Assembly: GCA_964187785.1 (NCBI GenBank)
Contig: OZ076413.1
Span: 42,472,001 to 42,536,000 of the forward strand
Direction: 5' to 3'
Source of the DNA: Amphiscolops sp. MND2022
Taxonomy: Eukaryota
Length of the DNA: 64,000 bases
The translations under genes and the position numbers were made by a program. Of this stretch, positions 11,350 to 22,745 are shown one piece after another. How positions within the stretch are numbered: the stretch's first letter is position 1; every line of letters starts with the position of its first letter. Under the pieces are notes generated by a model that was not told the DNA's origin, searched no databases, and was given only the letters and a program-made list of their open reading frames with translations.

Positions 11350-13245
11350 TCAGATTTTAGCCACTGCTTCTGGGTCGGGCTTGATTCCATCGGCTGATAC
11401 TTTTCGTCCCAGATATTTGGTTTCCGTGCGCATGAAGTCGCACTTTTCTGCTCGCATTTTGAAGCCTGCCTCTCTGAGACATTCGAATACTTCTTTAATT
11501 CTCATTATGTGGTCTTCGATTGTTTCGGTTGCAATCACAATGTCGTCAATGTAGGCCATGACGACACTCCCGTGTCTTTGTTGGATTTTTTGTAGCGCTC
11601 TTGTGATGGATCGTTGGAAAGTGGCGGATGCATTGCAAAACCCGAAGGGCATACGTCGCCATTCAAACAAACCCAATTCACAGGCAAATGCTGTTTTCCT
11701 TCTATCGCGTTTCTTCAGTGGTATTTGCCAAAAGGCCCACGCTAGGTCGATGCTTGTGAAGATCTCAGCATTACCTATTCTGGACAGATTTTCGTCTATT
11801 CTGGGAAGGGGGAAGGCGTCTTTTACTGTCACGTCGTTTAGCGGTCGGAAGTCGCAACAGAAGCGAAGTTCGCCTGTCTTTTTCTTTACCATTACTATTC
11901 CACTAGCCCAAGGCGAGTAGGAGGGTTGGATTAAGCCTAAGGCTAAGAGGTTCCTTACTTCTTGATTGGCTTTGGCAGCCTTGTCTGGAGACATTCGCCT
12001 TGCGCCCTCCCTGTGGGGGATAGCTTGTGGTTCTAACTCAATACGATGTTTTGCTAGTGCACATTTTCCTATGTCGGCCTTATGTTTCATAAAAAGGTCG
12101 TCGTACTCGTTTAAAACTTCTGCTAATTGATCTCTTGCTCCTTCCCCCCAAGACGAAAGGACAGAGGACAGGTCAGGGCCTGGTATTGGTTTTAATAGGT
12201 CGGGTTCGGTTTGCGCGCGTTTTTCACTTTCCGACATCTCCTCTTCCGACAACTCAGTAGGCGATAAGAAGTTTCGTGCGAAAGAACTGAATTCACTGCT
12301 TGTGTCGTCAAGATCAACAATACTAATAATATTAACTTGTTCTATCAGAGGTATTGAGATTCCATCAGCTTGGTCGACCGAAACCGGTCTAAACATAAAA
12401 ACGGTAGGCTCCGCCTTGCCAAGGACAGTTTTGCTTGGTATTTGCAAGTTTTTGGTAGGGGTTTTGTTTCTTATGGCTAGGTACACCGTGCCGTCGTCTC
12501 CCACTGAAGTTAGGGTGTCTTCTGAAATAAAGGAACTTCGGTTGTACATCCCGCTGGGGCGTATCGTTGCATTACGGAAACGGTATTGGTTGGGGTCCTG
12601 TGTAATGACTTGTGCTCTAACCAACTTACGTTCGAGAGGTCCTAGTACAACTTTGTCGGTGAACACTACCAAAAAAGGTTCATGGTCACTAACCTCATGG
12701 ACAGGTTTGAAATGGCGTGGAGTTTTTGGGTCTCGGATTGTGACCCTCATCGCGGTCAAGTCCACGAGGACATTATAGGTGCGTAAGAAGTTGCGTCCTA
12801 ACAGGAAGTCTTCAGCTCCTAGGTGGTCAGCTATGACGATAAAGTTGGTCTTCAGTGTGTGGCCACCCAATTGGAAGCTCACATTCTCAGCCATGCCGAC
12901 AGTCGTTATTGTTTTGCCGTTTGCTGCGTATAGCTGGACGTCATACGGCATAAGGCTCAATGAATGGGCGGAAGCAATCTTTTGGTATGCGGCAAGGGAG
13001 AGGATGGAGACACCTGAACCTGTGTCGATCATACCATATAAGGGAATGTGTTCCTGGAGGTTGCTGCCAAAGGCAACTACCAGTGATGCTCGTTCGTCGA
13101 TGCGAGCTTTCCCTTGAGTGTCTTGCACTCCAATGTTATAACACCTGAAGTCCTGGCGACCCAGGTATAATCCCTGTGGGAAATAACCTTCTACGACTAC
13201 GATGGCGTCAAATTTCATGTCGACCCCGTCTACGTTAATGGCCAC
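11350..13245 (-). CDS. pol: Gypsy Pol: aspartic protease and reverse transcriptase
   Basis: IDTGSG..LLGRNFL; SPWASG..VKKK.G.LRFC.DFR.LN, IDLAWAFWQI, MPFG, YIDD, YLG. Confidence 0.95.
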   Translation of the reverse strand: MAINVDGVDMKFDAIVVVEGYFPQGLYLGRQDFRCYNIGVQDTQGKARIDERASLVVAFGSNLQEHIPLYGMIDTGSGVSILSLAAYQKIASAHSLSLMPYDVQLYAANGKTITTVGMAENVSFQLGGHTLKTNFIVIADHLGAEDFLLGRNFLRTYNVLVDLTAMRVTIRDPKTPRHFKPVHEVSDHEPFLVVFTDKVVLGPLERKLVRAQVITQDPNQYRFRNATIRPSGMYNRSSFISEDTLTSVGDDGTVYLAIRNKTPTKNLQIPSKTVLGKAEPTVFMFRPVSVDQADGISIPLIEQVNIISIVDLDDTSSEFSSFARNFLSPTELSEEEMSESEKRAQTEPDLLKPIPGPDLSSVLSSWGEGARDQLAEVLNEYDDLFMKHKADIGKCALAKHRIELEPQAIPHREGARRMSPDKAAKANQEVRNLLALGLIQPSYSPWASGIVMVKKKTGELRFCCDFRPLNDVTVKDAFPLPRIDENLSRIGNAEIFTSIDLAWAFWQIPLKKRDRRKTAFACELGLFEWRRMPFGFCNASATFQRSITRALQKIQQRHGSVVMAYIDDIVIATETIEDHIMRIKEVFECLREAGFKMRAEKCDFMRTETKYLGRKVSADGIKPDPEAVAKI

Positions 13246-14787
13246 TGGTACTGGTACTTCACTTTTTGGATTGGTGCTAATTTGGTCTCGTCCTCCCGGG
13301 TGAAGTGCGGTAACGGTCGAGCGGTGATTGTATAATTAGTGTTTCTGCACAGCTCTTCCTTTAATTGCGCTAGTGTCAGTTCGGGACGCGATTTTTGTTC
13401 AGCCGAGAGGAGTAAGTGTATAGATATAGTGTCGCGGTGCGTTCCGGGGCGGGTGCTTCCAACGTGGTAAGCACTTGTTTCTCGCCGCAAGTAATGACGA
13501 CGGGACGAGAAGGGCCTCCGGCCTCTGCTACCGAGATTACTCTTACTTGATCATCCTGTGGTACGCCATCAAACTGGTTGGTATGCGGAGCATACCACGC
13601 CGCCCTAATTTGTTCTTCTTGTCTAGGGTATTCTGGGGCTATACATTCTGATGCGGAATGCTCAATGCATCCACAATTAACACAGAAAGCTACGGTCCCT
13701 TGGATAGGTAGTGATGCTGGGTATATTTCGTTATTCACCCCGGGTGGTTGTGATGGGCAAGTCCATCCACCGGTTGGGTTAGTGTGGCAAGAATTTACTT
13801 GTTGTTGTACAGGTTTTCGTGCACGGTCTTTGAGTGGAGTGGGCAATCGATCACGAAGTGTGATGGGTCGCCACAGTTAAAGCATGCTCGTTGGGGTTGT
13901 TGTCGGTAGGGTGTCTGTTGTGGTGGAGGTGGAACTTGTTGGGGTTGCTGTATCGGTGGTGGAATTGCAAGGAGCAATTTCGGTTGTTGATTCGGTTGTG
14001 GAGGCTGAGGTTGTTGAGGCGGAGCCATTTGATAATTCTCTGGACGATTAGAACCGCGCATGCGCAGGTATTGTTGAACTGTGAAGCGAAGCGCTTCTAC
14101 TGTTGGAGGTGCTTCAACGTACTGTTCTTGCGTATACATCAGTGCGAGGTTTCTATTTAGTTCGAAGTTGCGTACACCTTTGATGAGTTTTTGCATTATT
14201 TCGTATCTGCGAACGGTCACCTCCTCGTTGGGGTAGCCTTGGCTGCGCAATCCTTCGAGGGCATCGAGATATTGCATGTAGTCTTTTTCATTGTTCTGGT
14301 TGCATGTTCGGAATTGTTGCTGTATATGGATCTTGCTTGACCCACTTCCGAATCGTCGCGCCAGTAATGTAAAGACTTTTTGGTCGGTGTCTCTTTCCGC
14401 CTCGGATTTGTTGGTGATGTAGTCTCGGGCCTCGTGTTCTAGATACTCTATTATAGTCCAGGCCTTGTCGAGGGGAGTCGCTCTGGCATCTGCCTTCTCT
14501 AAGTGACGTTTCTTCAATATCATCCACCCGTCGGCGTTTCCGTCCTTGGTCCCTCGATATTTCGTGGGTTTGTTCTTCGATTCTTTCACCGCGAGCAGCG
14601 GTTCCAAGCCTTTGGACATTGCGGTTGAAATCGCCTCCGCCAACGCTTGTCGTTGGCTAGTTCTTGGGGTGTCGGGTGTTGCTTTTGGCGTTTCTGGAAG
14701 TTGTTCCATCTCGTCGTTGTCTTGTTCTAAGTTTCTCTTTGTCGTGGGTTTTCGCTGCGTGCTAGTGGCCACTGGCCGCGGGATCAA
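13230..14787 (-). pseudogene. gag: Gypsy Gag (capsid plus two CCHC knuckles) and start of Pol, frameshifted
   Basis: KPTKYRG..W, LARRFG, CFNCGDPSHFVIDC (ORF 13795..14787) and CVNCGCIEHSASEC (ORF 13376..13846). Confidence 0.88.
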
Positions 14788-16013
14788 ATCTAAGTTTGCT
14801 TGCTTGGGGGAGTTCTCGCTGATGTTGGTCCTGGCGGTGTAGTAGTTTGATTCTCTTGTAGTCTTGAGCCGCTGCAGTTTGGGCTGCCATTGCTCTCACT
14901 CCTAATTTCAGGTCCTTCATCGTGGTCATCAGATCTATCATTCTGGTGTTTGCGTCAGTCTCCCTTCGTTGCATGAGGTCTGACATCATTTTCATCCGTT
15001 CGTCTGCTTGACGATCTCTTTCTTTCATCACGGCGGACATTTCGGCCATGCGTGTGTCTGCCATGTTTTCTCTTTGTTTTATCAAGTCATTGAGAGAGGC
15101 CATGGATGCTTCCAATCTTCCTTGGCTTTGACGTCCTTCAGCCTGTATTTCTAGCAGGCCTTTCCTCATTTCATCCATGTCTCTCATAATGACATCAGCT
15201 CTCATCACGTGTTCAGTATTTTCTCGTGACAATCGTGAATGTACTTGTGACAAATGGGTCAGGCTATTTCGAAAATCTTCTTCCGCGGCTTGTGATTCTT
15301 TTGTGATTTTGGTTACAGTCGAGTCTGGTGCCGTGCCTGCACTGGCTCTGGAGTTAGATGTGTAGTTTGGTGTGTCCATTTGCCTTGGGACAAGATCCAG
15401 GTTTCTTGATGGAGGTGTCCTAAAGACGTACCGCAATGGGTTGTCTTCCACTTGTGTTGGTTGGTTGTCATTTGGTTTGGTAGGTGCCGTGGATGGCCCT
15501 ACTTTTTGTGCGTATCCGCTTAGAAAAGGGTTTTGATCGTTTCGATTCGCGTTAATGTCTAATGCGTGGGAACCCAGCGGGTTCTTGTTTATCGAAGGAG
15601 TGCGGGGGGCCGCTACAGGAGTTGAGTGATTGCGGTTTTGTGATGCCGTTTCTTCGGCTGCACTTGTTTCATACAGGGGTTTTTTATTTGAGTTTGGCCA
15701 TTCCTCTAGGCTGTAGTCAGTGACTTCTAGAGGGGGCCACGCGTTGTTTCGCGTGGTGCTTTCGGTACTAACCACTGGATCAGTACTATCAGGGGAAGCT
15801 TGCGACGAACCGAGCTGTTCGGCTGCGGTTGTCATCTCCATTCTCCATGTTTTGTTCCGTGTTGGAAATATAGTCAGACATGAGTTCTGAAAACATATCT
15901 GCAATAGTTGGTACCTGAGGGTTGTCAGTAAGGGTCTCCCAATGTGTTGCGTCTTCTATTTTGTTACCAAAAGGATTAGTAGCATGGAAGCTTTTGGGAG
16001 GGTTCCAATTCAT
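14762..16013 (-). pseudogene. gag: Gag N-terminal extension with coiled-coil region (frameshifted)
   Basis: ORFs 15789..16013 and 14762..15904 overlap each other and the capsid ORF; Met/Glu/Arg-rich heptad-like segment. Confidence 0.6.
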
Positions 16014-18862
16014 TCTGGTTAGTTTTTGGCGTGTGAATTCTGATCGTGAATAAAAGGGGAAATTTTGAACAATGGTATTTTTGGTTTATTTGTCTTGTTC
16101 GTCCCCCTGAAAGAAAGGATGGAAGGTAATAACAGGTGCTCGTTACAGTTTTTCAAAACCAAAATTAACTGGATTATATGGGTGTGGTCGCGCTGCAGTT
16201 AGGGTGCGATCATAGGATCGCGGTTAACAAAAAAATTGTACTAGCTTTGCTAATTGGGCTAGTGTAATTCTATGTACTAATACTAACTAAAGTTTCGTTC
16301 CCTGTCTCCACTGAGTGGAGGGAAATGGATATTTTTTTCAACTGTTCACGTTCTACTTACTAATCTACTTTGGAATAAGCTATGGAGGAGCCTATTGAAT
16401 TGTGGCTAATGCTGTGGGCAGTAGATTGGGTTGAATGGTAATGATCGAGATAGATGGTCTAAGCGCAGTGCGCTCTTTCGACTGGCTAAGCTTGTCACTC
16501 ACCTAGTCTTTCCGACTTTCGGATTCGGGTATGGTGGGATAGATGGGGATTGGAACGGGACTCGGTGATTGGTATGGAAGAAGACGTTTAGTTTGGAAGG
16601 CAACTTTGATTGAGGCTGTTGCGTTGATGGTGCTACAATTTCACTTTTTCAGCAAATTCGGTACTAAAGTGCGCAATTTCTTTGGTCGACTGGGCATCTG
16701 TTTGGAGGTTCTTAGTTTTGGGAGCACTGCTATGGCTGTTAATGCGACTCTGTTGGGAGCGTGGGGGTGCTTTTTATGTTTAAGAGTTATGTTCAAATCC
16801 TTATATGGGTCGTTTGGGACTGAAAGAGTGCCGTACTTTGTTCAATTTTCGCAAAACCAGCGGATTTGTCGCCAATCGGCACGTCTGGGAAGAATGAAAA
16901 TCACTTCCCGGGCTCGTAGCGACTCGAAAATTTCACACCGTATACTACACTAGCGGAATCGTGGGAAACTGAATGCCGATTGTACCAAAACTTACCCTGT
17001 GGGTGGTGCGGCCACTTAATAATGTTTTTTGAAAAATTGACTATGTCGTGTAATTTAAAAAAGTGGTCAAACTCGCGTTGTAGGCGTCCTGGCTACCTGA
17101 AATTTTGCGTGCGAGCGTACCTTGTGCCCACGTAATCGAAAAACACAGCGGCGAGGTGCCTGGATTGATACTTGGGTATTCGAGGTGACAAAACCTTGAT
17201 GTACCCGAGGTATTACTTTTTCGGGCCAAAATTCACAAAAATGTCGATTTCTCAGCTTTGGCTAGCCACTGGCTGCTCAAGTTGCATAAATCGTCGGGAT
17301 TTAGTGCAGTCCGTAAGGAAATGCAAGAATTTTAGTGCTGGGATACCTGCAAGGTAATGCACTATGCTCAACTAAAATTCAATTTTTTTTTGACCTTTTC
17401 ACACGATTTTTGAGCAAAACTGCGGCTAAGATTTCTCAATCACTAGTAATGCTAGCGCTACGAAAATTACACCACTAACGTAACGTTTTATGGTCTACAC
17501 GCTGGTGTAATCCGTTTGAGGCTGCTCCTACTAGGAGAGATTTCGAACTGTGCTGGAAGCACTACTACATGGTTCCCAAAATGTCGCAAAAATAACGCGT
17601 TTTCGGCTATTTCTCAACAACCACTGGTTGAAATCACTCGCGGTTTTCTGCGTTTGTAACGTTACACTTTATAATAACAGAAAATGGGCAAGCGAAACCT
17701 GGTAGGTTCCAAATAAGGTCTCTCAAAAAATTTTCAAATTGCACTTTCTACACTCTCGGAACAACACTGAAATAACGTGTTTTCGCCAAGAAATTTCTAT
17801 CTGTCGGTTCTTGGACGTTCGGGATTGTTCCAATAGTACTGTACGGAAATATGACAACTTATTTTGGGGGCTGGGCTTCGTTCAATTTTTATTTTTGATG
17901 TTATATCTCTCAGGTCTATGGGGTCCTCTACTCAGGTCTATGTATATCAAGAGAAACAAGTTGTTAAAGTTTCAATTTCTATTGGGGAGCTTTAAAAAGC
18001 TACTTGGCAATAGTGTTTTGTTCTACCAAGCTAGGGGAAAAGGTTTTTGGGCTGATTCGGAAGCTTGGAAGCTAATGTCCAATGCTTTGCCCTCGTCAAA
18101 TTGGGTCAAAATTGTCAAATTTGACGACTTTTTAACAAAAATCGCTGAATTTTTCACTGTTTTTGGAAAATTGGCCCACAAAATTTTTTGTTCCTGACCC
18201 AGGGGGTCTATTGGAACGTTTTTTTAGTATTCCCTCTGGCCTCACTCTATTTGACAAAATATTGGCTTTCAAAATCGAAAATTTCGGTATTTGAACTATA
18301 AATAACGTTATTTTCGAGGTTTGCGAGCTCAAATTTTGTAATAACTGATCGGAATACCTTTTGGGTATTTTTCTCAGTTAGTTATAATGGGAATAGGCCT
18401 GGGAATACTCTTTTTGAGCCGTTAAATTAAGAAAATGGACGATTTCACCCGTTTGACATTGAGTACTGCAATCACAGGGGCATGGGAGGAGTAGTCGTGT
18501 AGGACGTCGTCACGTAGGCACAGCTGGTGGAATCCTTCAGCATTCGTCCTCTCTGTCCCCATACATTGCAAATTAGCTGAAATCAAGCTAGAAAACCCTT
18601 TAAAACACGTTCCGGATAGGCCGGAACAGCTTTTTTATCAGGTTTTAGTAAGGTAGAAGGGGTACACTGTCAGGAACCGTTAATTTCTCCAAGTAGACCT
18701 CGACAACATGCGGAAAACGCAGGAATAACATTAGTACAAAGCCCAAAGGGCCAGAAAAAGGCAATAAAAATAATCTAGGACTCTTCCATTAGTTTTCCTA
18801 GATCTGGACCCTTCGGGGCCGGAAAGCAGAAGTTGCTCCTACTTGTACGCAAAATGAAAAAT

Positions 18863-18880
18863 ATCCCTCTGTGGTCGCCA
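18863..18880 (-). other. Primer-binding site, tRNA-Arg-like
   Basis: Minus strand reads TGGCGACCACAGAGGGAT, close to the complement of the 3' end of animal tRNA-Arg(TCG) (...TCCCTTCGTGGTCG-CCA, from memory). Confidence 0.7.
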
Positions 18881-18896
18881 TAAAAACTATTCCAGA

Positions 18897-19266
18897 TGTA
18901 ACGACCGGCTAGCGACGCACATCTAGGAAGAGGGACAATGCCTAGGATGCTTGAACAGGAGACCGTTGTCTTACTACTTACCTAAACACTAGTTTGTGGT
19001 CCCAAAACGGTCTCCTAGGGGGACTTTTCTGACGTCTAAGGAGGCTTCTCAAATTAGAGCTCCGAAGCAACGCGCCGGCACTCTCAAAGTCCGGACACGC
19101 CCCACAAGCCTGTAAAAACGTTCCCTAAGGTTTCTAGTGCGTTCCTACGAGTTCCTACATGCTTCCGAGGTCAAAAACCTTGATCAGCTGGAAAACATAG
19201 TATTTGGCAAATAAGATATAAAAAGACCTAGAAGGTCAAACATCTTCCAAGTACCAAAGGGGAAAT
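18897..19266 (-). repeat. 5' LTR of the Gypsy element (apparently truncated at its outer end)
   Basis: Matches 920-1289 at a constant offset of 17977; does not end in CA. Confidence 0.85.
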
Positions 19267-19274
19267 GATACTTG

Positions 19275-19505
19275 TTCAGTTTTAGGATTCTTCTGGAAAA
19301 ATACAATACAAAATACAAGTTCCAAGAAAAGATTATAGTTCCTACCCTTTCCATCGGAGCTTTCCATTGTTTTCCTACGGAGTGAATCTGATCATTTGGG
19401 AGTCCAAATACTTAAAATTGGATAAATGAATCTTCGGAATTGGCGCTAAAGTTGATAATACCGAACTATTTTCTCTAGTTCCAACTTACAAATCCTAAAA
19501 CTGAA
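19275..19505. mobile_element. MITE-like element
   Basis: 15-bp inverted repeats ttcagttttaggatt (19275-19289) and aatcctaaaactgaa (19491-19505). Confidence 0.55.
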
Positions 19506-19609
19506 TTGACTAAGTGAGCATTAATTTTGCTTTAAAAAGTGTATTCGTTAATCGGTTATGAAGAGGTTACGTTTGCACGTGTAATTATTTGGTGTCCAAA
19601 GGTTTGAAG

Positions 19610-20086
19610 CAGGGACGGAAATAAAACACGGAGTGATATCGCGTGAAATTCCATGTAAATCGACTAATCAAATCACGCCGTGATTTAGCATGAACTTACA
19701 GCTCAATAAGTAAAATAGCGTGTAAAATAACACAATTACCGCCATCGTATACCCCTTTTATCGTAAATACATACTAATTTAATCACTTATTAACTAATTT
19801 ATTTCTTCCCTGATCTTCTGCGTCGGAAACGAGAACGTTCTCGTATTTCAATAAATTACTAAGCGAAGAAATGGAAAATATGAATGAAACTACCATGAAA
19901 CACCTTTTGTTCCTTTATGTCAATGCAAAATTTATTGAATAAATATGTGTTAATTGATATTATTTTGCGTGAAAAAGCGTGTTTTTCATACATTTTCCGA
20001 AATTTTTCCGTGTAATTTGTTTGAATCTAACGTTAAATTTTCCGTGATTTTTCAGTTGTCATGTTCATGTAATATTACCGCCCCTG
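19610..20086. mobile_element. hAT-type MITE
   Basis: TIRs cagggacggaaata / tattaccgcccctg; perfect 8-bp TSD gtttgaag at 19602-19609 and 20087-20094. Confidence 0.85.
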
Positions 20087-22590
20087 GTTTGAAGATGTTG
20101 ACTGACTGATTTGCCTTGTGCTTTCTGAAATAATAGCTCCGCTGAGTCAAACGGGCGTAGCCGGCCTATGAAAATTGTACTTCCAATTAATACAATAAAC
20201 CGCGCAATGTGATTGGTTAATACACTCACGGAAAACCACGTTGCCGTGTGCGTACTTTAGAGCATTTAAACATCTTTCCGTATTGCTTTGCAGTCAATCC
20301 TTTACATTGATTTGTGAATACTTGATTACATATACAACAATTTGAATAATCCCGCAAACGTTAACAGACTAATCTGAGTATTTAAATCCAACAATATTAT
20401 ATCAAAATAATTGTATCACCTCAAAAATAAAATAGTTTTCTTGTCAAAGCAAAAGTTCTAGTTTTGTTTATGTGCCCAGTAGGATTTTAACTTCAATAAC
20501 TAGGTACAATACCAGGGGCAATATTAACCGCATGCAGACGTTGTTTAATTGATTCCTTCACAAGTGGTATCCAGCGACATCAAGGTAACCCTTTGAAATA
20601 ACTAATAATTGTTCAAAACCGGAAAAAACGCCCGTTATAACTGGAAAAGGATGACAAGCAAACATTCACTGGCAAGTATGCTCGAGCGTAATTTGGAAAC
20701 CCGTTATAGAATTTTCGGAAATGTTTCCACCGGTTTCCACAAGGAAATTGGCAGCCCTAAATTGTCTCCACTAGTGGCCACCGGTGGAATGCCAGTACGG
20801 GTGCAACCGAAAATTGGTGTTTTTTGGGTGTTTAAGTCACGCATCGTATCCCAAATGTCTCGTAAATTTTTTTTGGACATTTTCGACATTCAAAAGTCTT
20901 ACTTTCGTTATTTAAAAAGTAAAGAGGCTTTCCTTCCGCTATTTTTTGTTACTTTTTTCAAGGAATTTTTAGCTCACTGTTTTTTAGATACTACGCACTA
21001 GGAAAAAATCATCACTACGTTCCTTGCTTTTCTCCAAGTTCGTTAGTACTAATCAATTGTTTCCCAATTCACTCAAATTGACCTATACTGACACTTTTGG
21101 CTTCGAATGATCGAGAAAAATCTTTTTTTCTTCAGCTGAAAAGCATACTTCACGCGAAACGTCTTTTGATATTCCTGCTTGTTTCCTCGTTTTGAAGCAA
21201 TTCCATTTTTTTTAAAAAAAACTAGATTTGGGGTTAACAGGCCCCAAGTGGGGATATAAATCTCATCATGTGATAAATTCGCGACAGCATGTAAAATTAT
21301 CTAATTCGCCCATGTATCTATTTTTCGCAACTCCCTGTTTTATAATCTGCGGCAACAATTTGACGAGCAACCCCCAACCAGATTGTAAATTCAAAGGCTT
21401 ATTTGCAATTATCGTAAACGTGAAATCGTTTCTAGAGAACGTATATATTTCGTCTGTAATGTACATAATTCCGATAATACTTTTACAATCAAGTTCAATG
21501 TGGTAGACAAATACTGGTTAAAGAGAATATCGGCCAGAAAAGTTATTAGGATGAAAATCATTCTGCTGATTTTACTCTCGTCTCTTCTCTATATTGGATA
21601 ACGGAAACAACTTCATTGGTTTTGTCATTTTTGTCGGCACTGCGAGCCAAAACGAAACATACTTACTAGCCTCGAAAGTATACTAATCTAGCACTTTTCA
21701 AAAGTTGCATCAATTCATTATGCTCCGGAAAAGCTACTGTATTTTTCAACTTTGCCAGTTTTCAGCTGGCAGAAGTTAGATGTGTAATAAAAGATTGTTG
21801 AATAGTGCTGGTACTACAGTAATTGTGGATAGCTTTCAAAAACATTTATTTGAGTTCACCGATTAACGATGAGTTCTAGCAAAGAACTAAAACTGAATAA
21901 AACAATCCGTCGACAATAATCTATTCACTGTTTTATATCAAGACCTCCTTATCGTGAAATGGTAGATATATCTTTTGGGCTTTGTATATTTCTAATAGTG
22001 AATATATGTAGATAAATATGTCAACAACCTGCTGTTTTTATTTTAGGTTTGAGATCAAGTTCGAAAGTGCAGCTTAGCTCTCTCACGTCACCCCAGAAGT
22101 AGTTCACACCCCAGAGGTAGATCTGATAATTCTTTGTCTGCCAGGGCATGAGACCAGAAAAAAAACTGATTTTTCATTTTGGCCGGAAGGGACCAGAGAT
22201 TTCTTAGTCTGAGCACAGCTGAGACCGAGACGACGAAATGTGAATAACAGATTTTTGTATTCTTTTGTATTTTGTATTCAAATTCGTAGCCTGGGGTCAG
22301 GTATGGGCCTGAAATTTGCTCGTTTGTGTCAGTTCTAAGTTACTGATTTCGTAGCCAAGATCTTGTCACGGGTTTTTCTCTTGTCAGACCTGGCCCGTGA
22401 CTAAAAATTACCGGGGAATATTACAGATAACTCTGTTTGACTGAGGTGTTTAAACTGATGCTAAATGATAAAAAATGCTTTTTTTGCTCATCCTGGGAGC
22501 ATGGTGTTGTGATTAGGCATTTGGCCTGTACTGCCTGTACTGGTGCGGTATCAGATTCGAATCTGTCTCAATTCAACACTGTTGGTTCTC

Positions 22591-22745
22591 AACCCTGGTT
22601 GAAAAAAAATGCGTTCCTTGCAAGGATCTTGCAAGATTTTCTTTCAAGCTCTTGCAAGATAATGCATTTTTCTGCAAGACATCTTGCAAGAATCTTGCAA
22701 GAAAAAAAATTTCCTTGCAAGATTCTTCCAAGGAGAAAAATTTCG
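22591..22745. repeat. Dispersed repeat with CTTGCAAG(ATCTTGCAAG) palindromic subrepeats, copy 1
   Basis: Starts ccctggttgaaa..aatgcgttccttgcaaggatcttgcaagat, as does the copy at ~52926. Confidence 0.75.

Larger units (their letters stand above)
920..19266 (-). mobile_element. Giant Ty3/Gypsy LTR retrotransposon (~18.3 kb), decayed, with extra coding capacity
   Basis: Direct repeats at 920-1289 and 18897-19266; minus-strand gag (CCHC), PR (DTGS), RT (YIDD), RNase H and integrase in Gypsy order; PBS near the right LTR. Confidence 0.95.

Noticed and set aside
2051..15365. Numerous plus-strand ORFs over the Gypsy element
   Set aside because: They are antisense shadows of the long minus-strand ORFs and have no recognisable motifs.
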